64,000 bases of DNA from the NCBI GenBank assembly GCA_039630055.1, contig JBCNVN010000001.1:7588-71587 (forward strand), given 5' to 3'. This document shows positions 36,203-44,728 of this stretch, piece after piece (within the stretch, counting starts at the first letter, position 1; every line of letters begins with the position of its first letter). Made by a program: the position numbers and the translations under genes. The DNA is from Candidatus Caldarchaeales archaeon. GTDB taxonomy: Archaea; Thermoproteota; Nitrososphaeria_A; Caldarchaeales; Wolframiiraptoraceae. The notes below the pieces were generated by a model. That model ran no database searches and was not told where the DNA came from. It saw only the letters and a list, made by a program, of their open reading frames with translations.

Positions 36203-37183
36203 TCACCCCTCAACCATCTTTATCTTTCCACGTAGCCGTGAGGCGGCTAACGTATATCTATAGAATGTACCCATGAAGTCTGAAAAGTTGTTTAGAGCCT
36301 TCTCAATTTCTTCTTCATTATAGTGGTCTAGGATGCTTGCAAAGTATGATGCTGCCTTACCACCATAGTCTATTACTTCGTCAAGTGGGCCGAAGCATCC
36401 TGTACAAGGCATGGCAGCCTTGACACATAGTGCTCCACATCCTCCACGAGTAACTGGGCCTAAACATGCTAATCCTTGGACTAGAAGACATTTCTCAGGG
36501 TCGACGACTATTTCATGGGGTCTCTTGACCTCCTTTATTAAAACCTTCTCAGGCTTTGTCTCATTTAGAGGACAGTCATAGCATAGGGATCTTTCAGATG
36601 CTCCTAGAACAGAACCTTTAGCTGGAAGGTTTCCTGATAGAAGAGCCTCGATAGCCTTCCATGTAACTTCGGGGGTTGGAGGGCATCCTGGAATATAGTA
36701 ATCCACATCTATTACTAGGTCTAATGGTAAGAGTCTTGGAAAGAACTCGGGTAGCTTAAGATTTATTCCCTCCTCTAATCTTACATTTGTCATAGGTGTT
36801 CTCTTTTCAGAGTTGCTAATGGTTGGAGCCTCATGATATACATAATTAAATATGTCTTCTTTACTGTATAGGTTGGCTAGACCTGGAACGCCTCCCCAAG
36901 ATGAACATGCACCATAAGCTACAACTATCTTGGACTTTTTCCTTAATAGTTTTACAACTTCTTCATGTTCCTCTAATCTTATCCCACCATTTATGAAGCT
37001 GACAGTTATAGATTTATCTGGAAGGTTCTCAACATCCTTAACCTTAAAGTCTAGTGCCACCGGCCAGAATACTATATCTACCAAGCTTACTAAGTCTAGG
37101 ATCTTCTCTGCCAAGTCTACTACAGATTCTTCACATCCACCACAGCTAGCACACCAGTAGAGAGCAACCTTAGGCTTCTCCAA
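36203..37183 (-). CDS. mvhG: [NiFe]-hydrogenase small subunit, MvhG/FrhG-like
   Basis: 326 aa with WCASCGGCEES, YGACSSWGGVPG, YYIPGCPPTPE and the C-terminal cluster region CLGPVTRGGCGALCVKAAMPCTGCFGP. Confidence 0.8.
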   Translation of the reverse strand: MEKPKVALYWCASCGGCEESVVDLAEKILDLVSLVDIVFWPVALDFKVKDVENLPDKSITVSFINGGIRLEEHEEVVKLLRKKSKIVVAYGACSSWGGVPGLANLYSKEDIFNYVYHEAPTISNSEKRTPMTNVRLEEGINLKLPEFFPRLLPLDLVIDVDYYIPGCPPTPEVTWKAIEALLSGNLPAKGSVLGASERSLCYDCPLNETKPEKVLIKEVKRPHEIVVDPEKCLLVQGLACLGPVTRGGCGALCVKAAMPCTGCFGPLDEVIDYGGKAASYFASILDHYNEEEIEKALNNFSDFMGTFYRYTLAASRLRGKIKMVEG

Positions 37184-37601
37184 CTCTCACCTCACCTTCA
37201 ACCCTCAAAGGTCCCAAAGCTTTTATCTCCCTATACATTTCTTGAGCTACTCTAACAAATTTCTCTGCTTCTGAAGCAGATATCCATTCAAGCCTAAACC
37301 TCTCCTTCTCTATCCCAAAACTCTCAAGCATCTTCTTCAGCAAAGTCATTCTCCTCAATGCTTTATAATTTCCTTCTATATAATGGCAGTCTCCTGGATG
37401 GCATCCAGCAACTAGTACTCCATCAGCACCCCGACTGAAAGCCTCCAAGATAAACTGAGGGTCGACTCTACCTGAACACATAACTTTTATAACTAAAAAG
37501 TTTGGAGGATACTTCATCCTACTCGTTCCAGCTAGGTCAAGCGCAGCATATGAGCACCAGTTACATGCAAAAACGATTATCCTAGGTTCAAAATTCTCCA
37601 A
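37170..37601 (-). CDS. mvhD: MvhD (methyl-viologen-reducing hydrogenase delta subunit family)
   Basis: 143 aa with FACNWCSYAALDLAG, VMCSGRVDP and AGCHPGDCHY. Confidence 0.88.
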   Translation of the reverse strand: MENFEPRIIVFACNWCSYAALDLAGTSRMKYPPNFLVIKVMCSGRVDPQFILEAFSRGADGVLVAGCHPGDCHYIEGNYKALRRMTLLKKMLESFGIEKERFRLEWISASEAEKFVRVAQEMYREIKALGPLRVEGEVRVGEA

Positions 37602-37607
37602 AACTGA

Positions 37608-39575
37608 TCACCTCGCTAAGGCTGCTAAGAGCTGAGCCTTAAGCTGGGTATCTTTAAAGCTGAATTGCTGCATAGCACCACTTGGGCATGCGGCTACACA
37701 AACTCCACATCCCTTACATAGAGAAGCATCAACCTTCGCCGACCTCACCCGGTCTATAACCTCTAAACTTATAGCGGTATATGGGCACACACCTATACAT
37801 ATAGAGCATCCGCTACAAATACTTTTATTGACTACTGCTATCGTAGGCTCTACTATAACTTCTTCCTTGGATAGGAGTGTTACAGCCTTAGAAGCAGCCG
37901 CACTACCTGAAGCAATACTTTCAATAATGTTTTTAGGTCCTGTAACTGCTCCAGCTAAGTAGACTCCATCTGTAGTTGCCTCAACAGGTCTAAGCTTTAG
38001 ATGTGCTTCTTTAAGGAAGCCTTCTGGTCCACATCCAACTTTAAGGATTGTTCTGACCTTATCTATACCTTCTGGAGGCTTCATCCCTACAACTAATACT
38101 ACCAAGTCTGCAGGTATAGTCACTTCTTCATTTATCGTTTCTTCAAAGAAGCTTACATATATCTCACCATCAGGTTTAACCGTCACCCTTGGAGATTCTT
38201 TAAATCTTGCGAATCTTATAAAGTGCTCACCGGCTTTTAAGTATAATTGTTCATCTCCTCTACCATACGTTCTAATATCTTTATGGAGTATGTAGATATC
38301 CGTATCCGGATATGCTTCTCTGATCATTAATGCATTCTTTATAGTTGAGGAGCAACACATCCTCGAGCAGTGTGAGTAAGCATTAGGGGTTGTGTTTAGT
38401 GAGCCTACACACATTATGAAGACTATCTTCTTAGGCTTAAACCCATCTACTACCAGTTCTCCATTTGTGGGACCATCTCGGACGAGCAATCTCTCAAGCT
38501 GGAACAATGTTGTGATCCTATTGGATAGCTTATACCCATACTCACCTATAGGAGGTTCATAAGGGTCGTAGCCTGCTGCCACGACTACTGCTCCAACATC
38601 TAGGTCTATCTCTTCAAATCTTTCCTCTAAGTTTATTGCGGCTGTGGGACATACCTCTACGCATTTACCACATCTAGTACAGTTCTGCATATCTATAACG
38701 TATAGCTTTGGATACGCATCTTTAAACGGTAGGTATATTGCTTTTCTTCTAGATATTCCAAACTCGTATTCATTCGGAACTTCTACAGGGCATATCTTAC
38801 TGCACTCATCACATAGAATACATCTCTCATTAACATACCTAGGCTTCTTCGCTAGCTTTACCTTGAAGTTTCCAACGGATCCATCTACTCCTATCAACTC
38901 TGTATTTACGTATATGTTGATGTTCGGGTCTCCAGCAACCTTCTGGATAAGCTCTCTAGCTATATCAGAGCCTTTCAGTTCTGTATAAGGTAATCTTCCA
39001 AGCCTAGCCACTCTTCCACCAAGAATAGGTGCTCTCTCGACCAAGTGAACTTTGAAACCTTTCCCAGCTAGGTCTTGAGCAGCAGCTAATCCTGAAACAC
39101 CTCCACCGATGACTAGCACGCTTCTATCTACCTTAAACTTTATATCTTCTAAAGGTTCTAGCAGAGATGCTTTAGCTACAGCCATTCTAATAAGGATCTT
39201 AACTTTCTCCGTAGCCCTCTCTTTAGTATCTGAATGTGGCCATGAACATAGTTCCCTTATATTCGCCATCTCTAGAACGTATGGATTTAGCCCAGCTTCA
39301 GCTAAGGTCGACCTAAAAGTATGTTCATGCATTGTTGGAGAACATGCAGCTACGACAACCCTGTTTAAACCATGCTTCTTAACGCTTTCCTTGATCAATT
39401 CTTGTCCAGGAGCTGAGCACATGAATAGGTAATCTCTTACCTCTACAACATTTGGTAGATTCTTAACATAATCAACTACTTCTTTAATGTTTACTACGCC
39501 TGCAATATTTGCTCCGCAGTGGCATACGTATACTCCGATTCTAGGCTCTTCACCCATGCTATACACCTCCAGCAA
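37608..39575 (-). CDS. HdrA-type flavoprotein, full length (QmoB-like position)
   Basis: 655 aa with the N-terminal RIGVYVCHCGANIAG domain, the FAD motif VIGGGVSGLAAA, an inserted ferredoxin (CILCDECSKICP, CTRCGKCVEVCP), and a C-terminal 2x[4Fe-4S] region (CSGCSICIGVCP, CKGCGVCVAACP). An alternative start at 39557 is possible. Confidence 0.85.
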   Translation of the reverse strand: MLEVYSMGEEPRIGVYVCHCGANIAGVVNIKEVVDYVKNLPNVVEVRDYLFMCSAPGQELIKESVKKHGLNRVVVAACSPTMHEHTFRSTLAEAGLNPYVLEMANIRELCSWPHSDTKERATEKVKILIRMAVAKASLLEPLEDIKFKVDRSVLVIGGGVSGLAAAQDLAGKGFKVHLVERAPILGGRVARLGRLPYTELKGSDIARELIQKVAGDPNINIYVNTELIGVDGSVGNFKVKLAKKPRYVNERCILCDECSKICPVEVPNEYEFGISRRKAIYLPFKDAYPKLYVIDMQNCTRCGKCVEVCPTAAINLEERFEEIDLDVGAVVVAAGYDPYEPPIGEYGYKLSNRITTLFQLERLLVRDGPTNGELVVDGFKPKKIVFIMCVGSLNTTPNAYSHCSRMCCSSTIKNALMIREAYPDTDIYILHKDIRTYGRGDEQLYLKAGEHFIRFARFKESPRVTVKPDGEIYVSFFEETINEEVTIPADLVVLVVGMKPPEGIDKVRTILKVGCGPEGFLKEAHLKLRPVEATTDGVYLAGAVTGPKNIIESIASGSAAASKAVTLLSKEEVIVEPTIAVVNKSICSGCSICIGVCPYTAISLEVIDRVRSAKVDASLCKGCGVCVAACPSGAMQQFSFKDTQLKAQLLAALAR

Positions 39576-40848
39576 TTATAGATGCTTTGATAGCTGCAGA
39601 GTCGGCTTGGACCACTGAGTCGGGTATATCTTTAGCTCCAGCAGCTACTCCTACAACATATATCCCTTTTATATTTGTTGAGGTTGGGTCTAGGTAAGGA
39701 TTCTCTAAACGTATGTATCCATCTTCGCTCAATGTTATAGGTAGAGCGGTTGGATAGTTCGGCTTAACCCCTAAAGCTAATACAACCATTTCAGCTCTCA
39801 TAGTCTTCTTAATCCCAGTGAAAGTATCTTCATAAGTAATCATAAGGTCTTTAGTCTTAGGGTCTTCCTCGATCTTCGCAGGCTTACTCCTAACGAAGTT
39901 TATCTTAAATTCCTCTCTAGCTCTGTTGTAGAATTCTTGGTATCCTTTTCCGAACGCTCTCATATCCATGTAGAATATTGTGCACTCAACATCCGGCAAG
40001 TGTTCTTTCGCAAGTATTGCATGTTTAATGGAGGCAGTACAGCAGAAGGCTGAGCAGTTTGGATTTATCTTAACATCTCTGGAACATATGCATTGTATAA
40101 ATGCAATACTCTTCGGATGCTTTTTATCCGACCTCCTCACGACCTCTCCACCTGTTGGACCTGTTGCAGACACCAGTCTTTCAAATTCTAAAGATGTGTA
40201 AACGTTTGCATATTTTCCATAACCGTAGAGTGGCTGTAGCTTGGGATCCATGAGTTCATATCCAGTAGCAATAATAATGGATGCAACGTTAAGCTCTATC
40301 GTTTGAGGCTGTTGCTCAAAGTCTACTGCTCTCGTTGGGCAGACCCTCTCACATACTCTACAAATCCCTTTAGTAAAGTAGAAGCAATAGTCTCTATCTA
40401 TTGTTGCTTTTAGAGGGACTGCTTGAGGGAAGAGGAAATATATCGCTCTTCTATTGCTCATCCCTAGATTAAACTCGTCTGGAACTTTAGATGGACACTT
40501 AGACATACAAACTCCGCATCCAATACATTTATCTTCGATAACGTATCTAGGCTTCTTCAGGATCCTTACATTAAAGTCTCCTACTCCTCCTTTAACATCT
40601 AATACTTCTGAATACGTTAAGAGCTTTATCATTGGATGTCTTGCAACGGAGACCATCTTAGGCGTAAGTATGCATGAAGAGCAGTCTAATGTTGGAAATG
40701 TTTTATCGAGTTGAGCCATTTTACCACCAATACTCGGAGCCTTCTCGACCAGATACACTGGGATTCCGTGATCACCGAGATCCAAAGCTGCTTGGATACC
40801 AGCGATCCCTCCACCAATAACCAATACAGGCTTAGGCAAGCGCGCCAC
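39559..40848 (-). CDS. Short HdrA-core flavoprotein (QmoA-like)
   Basis: 429 aa with VIGGGIAGIQAA, DKTFPTLDCSSCILTPKM and an inserted ferredoxin (CIGCGVCMSKCP, CRVCERVCP). It lacks both the N-terminal Cys domain and the C-terminal ferredoxin of full HdrA. Confidence 0.8.
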   Translation of the reverse strand: MARLPKPVLVIGGGIAGIQAALDLGDHGIPVYLVEKAPSIGGKMAQLDKTFPTLDCSSCILTPKMVSVARHPMIKLLTYSEVLDVKGGVGDFNVRILKKPRYVIEDKCIGCGVCMSKCPSKVPDEFNLGMSNRRAIYFLFPQAVPLKATIDRDYCFYFTKGICRVCERVCPTRAVDFEQQPQTIELNVASIIIATGYELMDPKLQPLYGYGKYANVYTSLEFERLVSATGPTGGEVVRRSDKKHPKSIAFIQCICSRDVKINPNCSAFCCTASIKHAILAKEHLPDVECTIFYMDMRAFGKGYQEFYNRAREEFKINFVRSKPAKIEEDPKTKDLMITYEDTFTGIKKTMRAEMVVLALGVKPNYPTALPITLSEDGYIRLENPYLDPTSTNIKGIYVVGVAAGAKDIPDSVVQADSAAIKASIIAGGV

Positions 40849-41962
40849 CTCCTGAAGCTAAGAATCTCTCTTTCAAATTCGAGAAATAGATTGCGAAGGG
40901 TCTGTAAGCTAAGTGGGACCACTTGGTGAAAGGCACTTCAAGTATCAAGAATGGTGCAACCACCATTAAGTGTATCGAGTAGGTTATGTACGTTGCCAGA
41001 GGTAGCTCGATGAGTCTAAAGATTCCGACGAGAATGCCTGTTACCGTTGTGATGAAGAGTAGGATTATAAACATCCAGTCTGTTGGATGAGAGTAGCTCC
41101 ACATAGGTTGAGATCTCTTAATCCTCCCATAGATAGCTACTGAGGAACCGTAGAGCAATGCTATTGTAGAGAATATGCCGAGGATACTTAGAGGATTGAC
41201 TAGTAGGAACGGCTCATTCGTTTGAGTAAATCTAAGCAATGGGACGAATAGTATGAAAGCTGCAGCATATCCGTAGACTATGATCAAATGGTTTATCCAG
41301 TTGGATGCTCTACATAACCTAAACTTTATCTGTGTAAATAAGTGTACTGGAATAGTCTTAATGAAGTCTTTAATCATGAACCTTAAAGGTATCTTTATCC
41401 TTCTCTCATGATCATCCCTCATAATATATCTATACATTCTGTAGAGATTTGTTAAAAGCAATGTTGCAAGTATGAATAAGACTGCTAATCCAGCTGTATC
41501 AACTATATGTATTGGTGCAAAAGTTTCAAGCTCGACACTATCTAATACTATTGGTCCATGTAAGAAATAGATTAATAAGCCCACTATCGCTGCTATAGCT
41601 GCCGTCGCTAATATTTCTACTTTCTTTGAGTAGTATAGTAGTTTCGAGAGTCCAGTCCAGTCATACTTAGTTGTAAGATACCTTCTAAGAGCCATCATAA
41701 AGCCTCCCGGATCAGCATCTCTAGGGCAATATTCACTACACTCTCCACAGTAGTAGCATAGCCATGGTTCTGGGCTTGATAGAAGCCTGTCTTGGACACC
41801 CATCAATGCATAACGGATTAGTTTTCTCGGATAATTTGCACGTCCTTCACCAGTGACAGGGCATATAGCAGTACACTGACCACAGTTAAAACATTTAGAG
41901 AGACCTTTTGCTCCCAGTCTAATTATTTCTCTTGTTGTTTGAGGCACAACTAGACTTATCAT
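40832..41962 (-). CDS. Fusion of an HdrC-like 2x[4Fe-4S] domain with a six-helix NarI/HdrE-like membrane domain (QmoC-like)
   Basis: 376 aa with CFNCGQCTAICP and CYYCGECSEYCP at the N-terminus. About six hydrophobic helices follow and carry His residues (FLHGP, PIHIVD, NHLIIVYGY, YSIHLMV, WSHLAY). Confidence 0.7.
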   Translation of the reverse strand: MISLVVPQTTREIIRLGAKGLSKCFNCGQCTAICPVTGEGRANYPRKLIRYALMGVQDRLLSSPEPWLCYYCGECSEYCPRDADPGGFMMALRRYLTTKYDWTGLSKLLYYSKKVEILATAAIAAIVGLLIYFLHGPIVLDSVELETFAPIHIVDTAGLAVLFILATLLLTNLYRMYRYIMRDDHERRIKIPLRFMIKDFIKTIPVHLFTQIKFRLCRASNWINHLIIVYGYAAAFILFVPLLRFTQTNEPFLLVNPLSILGIFSTIALLYGSSVAIYGRIKRSQPMWSYSHPTDWMFIILLFITTVTGILVGIFRLIELPLATYITYSIHLMVVAPFLILEVPFTKWSHLAYRPFAIYFSNLKERFLASGGGALA

Positions 41963-42082
41963 ATTTCCGATAGAAGGAAAAAGAAAAAGTTTATTAAGTT
42001 TTCTTAAGAAAAAATATACTATTACTACTATATATACCTCCTAATCGGTTAAGGAATATATTCTAAACTAATGAAGTATATA

Positions 42083-43114
42083 CTAACAGATTCTTGGAAC
42101 TATCTCACCTATTGGTGGTTCAAGGATCCTATATCCACCTACACTCGTCCTGACCACTACTAGACTCATATCCTCTCTAGGTCTCACATCGCCTATTATC
42201 TGTGCCTCGACATATCCTACAGAATGTATTTGTTCAAGTACCTCTTCAGCTATTTCTCCTTCTACACCTATGACAGCTACTCCTTCAGATGCTAGTGTAA
42301 GAGGGTCTAATCCAAGCATCCCACAATAATTCTTAACAGACTCTCTTATTGGAATCTTCTCTTCATCGATAACTATAGTGGTATTAGAGGCTGAAGCCCA
42401 GTTGTTTAGAGTCATTGCTAACCCTCCCCTAGTGGGATCACTAGCGGCATGGATGTTTTCACGGTGTCTTCTAGTAATAGGGATCATCAAGTCTGTTAGA
42501 GGTTTAACATCACTTACAAGCTGAGATTCTTCAAGCATAACCTTCTCTCTAGCAGCATATATCGCTACACCATGCTCAGCTATAGGTCCTGAAACTATTA
42601 TCTTATCTCCAGGTCTTAGATTCTTATCGATTATTAATTGTTCTGCAATACCTATACCAGCCATTGTAATGATTATCTTATCCAGCTGCCCTCTAGGCAT
42701 GACTTTAAAATCTCCACCTATCAACTTAACATCCATACTCTTAAGTACAGTGAACATCGAATCTAAGATCTTCTGTAAAACTTCTTCTTCAAACCCTTCC
42801 TCAACTATTATAGAATCTAGGACAGCTATCGGCATCCCTCCAAGCATTAGTAGATCGTTTATTGTTCCAGTGGCTGAGAGTTTTCCAATATCTCCCCCTG
42901 GAAAGAATATTGGGCTAACCGTATAGGCATCCGCTGTTATTATAAGATATCTTCCTCCACCCATAGGTATTGCTGCAGCATCATCTGGAAAATCTATCCC
43001 TATCCCGCCTTCTACAAACTTCATCCAAGATGGCACCCTTCCGAAGATCAAATCTTCAAGTAGCCGGCTCATCTCTCTACCACCAGAGCCATGTGCAAGA
43101 GTTATCTTACCCAT
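42083..43114 (-). CDS. hypE: Hydrogenase maturation protein HypE
   Basis: The ATG at 43114 gives MGKITLAHGSGG. The fold is AIR-synthase-like and the diagnostic C-terminus PRIC is present. Confidence 0.92.
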   Translation of the reverse strand: MGKITLAHGSGGREMSRLLEDLIFGRVPSWMKFVEGGIGIDFPDDAAAIPMGGGRYLIITADAYTVSPIFFPGGDIGKLSATGTINDLLMLGGMPIAVLDSIIVEEGFEEEVLQKILDSMFTVLKSMDVKLIGGDFKVMPRGQLDKIIITMAGIGIAEQLIIDKNLRPGDKIIVSGPIAEHGVAIYAAREKVMLEESQLVSDVKPLTDLMIPITRRHRENIHAASDPTRGGLAMTLNNWASASNTTIVIDEEKIPIRESVKNYCGMLGLDPLTLASEGVAVIGVEGEIAEEVLEQIHSVGYVEAQIIGDVRPREDMSLVVVRTSVGGYRILEPPIGEIVPRIC

Positions 43115-43124
43115 CTCCACACAC

Positions 43125-43418
43125 CTATCTCTCCAAACCTCTCCAATACTTAACAATTTTATCCATCTCTTTTAATTCTTCTATGGAGAGTTCACCTTCT
43201 TCAACAAGCTTCTCAGAAATCTCCTTGATATATTTGAAGCTTTCAAGAAAGTCTTCTTCACTAAGCTTTGAGATAACTATTCCTGCATGGACGATTACGT
43301 AATCTCCGGGAGATAACTCATCTACCGCTGAGAATACTTCTCTCGTAACCCCTCCAAAATCTACTTTAACATTCTTTTCAGATACTTCTACCACCTTCCC
43401 ATATACTCCCCAACACAT
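43125..43418 (-). CDS. hypC: Hydrogenase maturation chaperone HypC
   Basis: 97 aa with the N-terminal MC (Cys2) followed by a beta-barrel-like GKVVEV...VDFGG pattern. It sits between hypD and hypE. Confidence 0.85.
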   Translation of the reverse strand: MCWGVYGKVVEVSEKNVKVDFGGVTREVFSAVDELSPGDYVIVHAGIVISKLSEEDFLESFKYIKEISEKLVEEGELSIEELKEMDKIVKYWRGLER

Positions 43419-44587
43419 TACCTAACCACCTTTAATCCACGGTATCTAGCCCATATAGAGCATGTTCCCTCTAAGCTCACCATGCATGGTCCATAAGGAG
43501 TATCTAGGGTACACTTAGTCAAGAAGAGAGGACAGTCTACAGGTTTTATCCTTCCCAAGATTACCTCCCCACATCTACATCCTGCCGATAGGTCGTGGGT
43601 CCACTCACTCTCCGAAGGTTCTTTGAAACCGTAGAGGCTTAATCCATCTAGTTCAAGATACTCTTTTCTCAGCTTATATCCACTTGATGGGATGAACCCT
43701 ATACCTCTCCAAGCTGCATCACATACGTCAAAGACTTGACCGATCATCTTTTTCGCAAAAGTATTACCCTCCCAACTTACAGCTCTAGTATACTCGATCA
43801 CTACCTCCGACCTACCCTCATCTATCTGTCTAAGTATCTCCGCTATCGATATGAGGACATCTATCGGCTCGAATCCTGAGACCACTGTCGGAATACCATG
43901 CTCTTCAGATAGCTTCTTCCAAGCTTCTCCCCCTATAATTGTTGATACATGTCCAGGAGCGATGATCCCATCTACTCCACCCACTTTCTTTATAGCATAA
44001 TCGGCTGCAGGTGGAGTTAACCTACCTGCAACTATAAAACTGAACCCTTTAGGTATAGAGTTCTTTATGATCATTGAGGCGTAGACTGGATATGTAGTCT
44101 CAAAACCTATTGCTAGAAATACTGATTCTCTCCCATCGCTTCTAGCATCTTTAACAGCATCGAGAAGGCTGTAAACTATCGAGACGTCTCCACCAGCTGA
44201 CCTAGCCTCCGCAAGACTCTTAACTCCTTCAGTAATCCTGACTGTGGGAAGCCTATAGGCATCACCGTATGTATAAACTCTTATCCCTTCGAGGGCGAGC
44301 TTGATCGCTGCCTCGATATAGAATGATGGAGTTATGCAGACTGGACAGCCTGGGCCTGCTACCAACTCTATACCTTCAGGTAGAATGCTCCTCAGTCCAT
44401 AGTGAGTCGTGGCCCACTCATGGGTTCCACAGAAGTTCATTATCTTTACCCTATCAATCCCATTACGTTTAATATTATTCCATAATGTATCTATAATTTT
44501 GACTATCTTTGAGGATAATTCCCGATTACTTCTAAAGATTTTATCGGTAGCCGTTCTTAGGTCTGACCACTCCAACATTATCAACAT
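43418..44587 (-). CDS. hypD: Hydrogenase maturation protein HypD
   Basis: 389 aa with GPGCPVCITP, FETT, PGHVS and a C-terminal Cys cluster. Confidence 0.92.
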   Translation of the reverse strand: MLIMLEWSDLRTATDKIFRSNRELSSKIVKIIDTLWNNIKRNGIDRVKIMNFCGTHEWATTHYGLRSILPEGIELVAGPGCPVCITPSFYIEAAIKLALEGIRVYTYGDAYRLPTVRITEGVKSLAEARSAGGDVSIVYSLLDAVKDARSDGRESVFLAIGFETTYPVYASMIIKNSIPKGFSFIVAGRLTPPAADYAIKKVGGVDGIIAPGHVSTIIGGEAWKKLSEEHGIPTVVSGFEPIDVLISIAEILRQIDEGRSEVVIEYTRAVSWEGNTFAKKMIGQVFDVCDAAWRGIGFIPSSGYKLRKEYLELDGLSLYGFKEPSESEWTHDLSAGCRCGEVILGRIKPVDCPLFLTKCTLDTPYGPCMVSLEGTCSIWARYRGLKVVR

Positions 44588-44728
44588 GTTTATACAGACT
44601 TAAAAACCTAGCACTCTTCTAACATTTTTAGTAAGAAGATCGCTTCCGCTAGTCTAGGGATTCAACGTTATCAATCTTCATGATTCGATGTAGGATGTCT
44701 TGTATCTGAGGATCTTCTGAATTTATCT

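Noticed and set aside
40686-40929. 78-aa and 72-aa ORFs at the QmoC-like/QmoA-like junction
   Set aside because: These are alternative frames across the overlap of two strongly supported genes, with no independent features.
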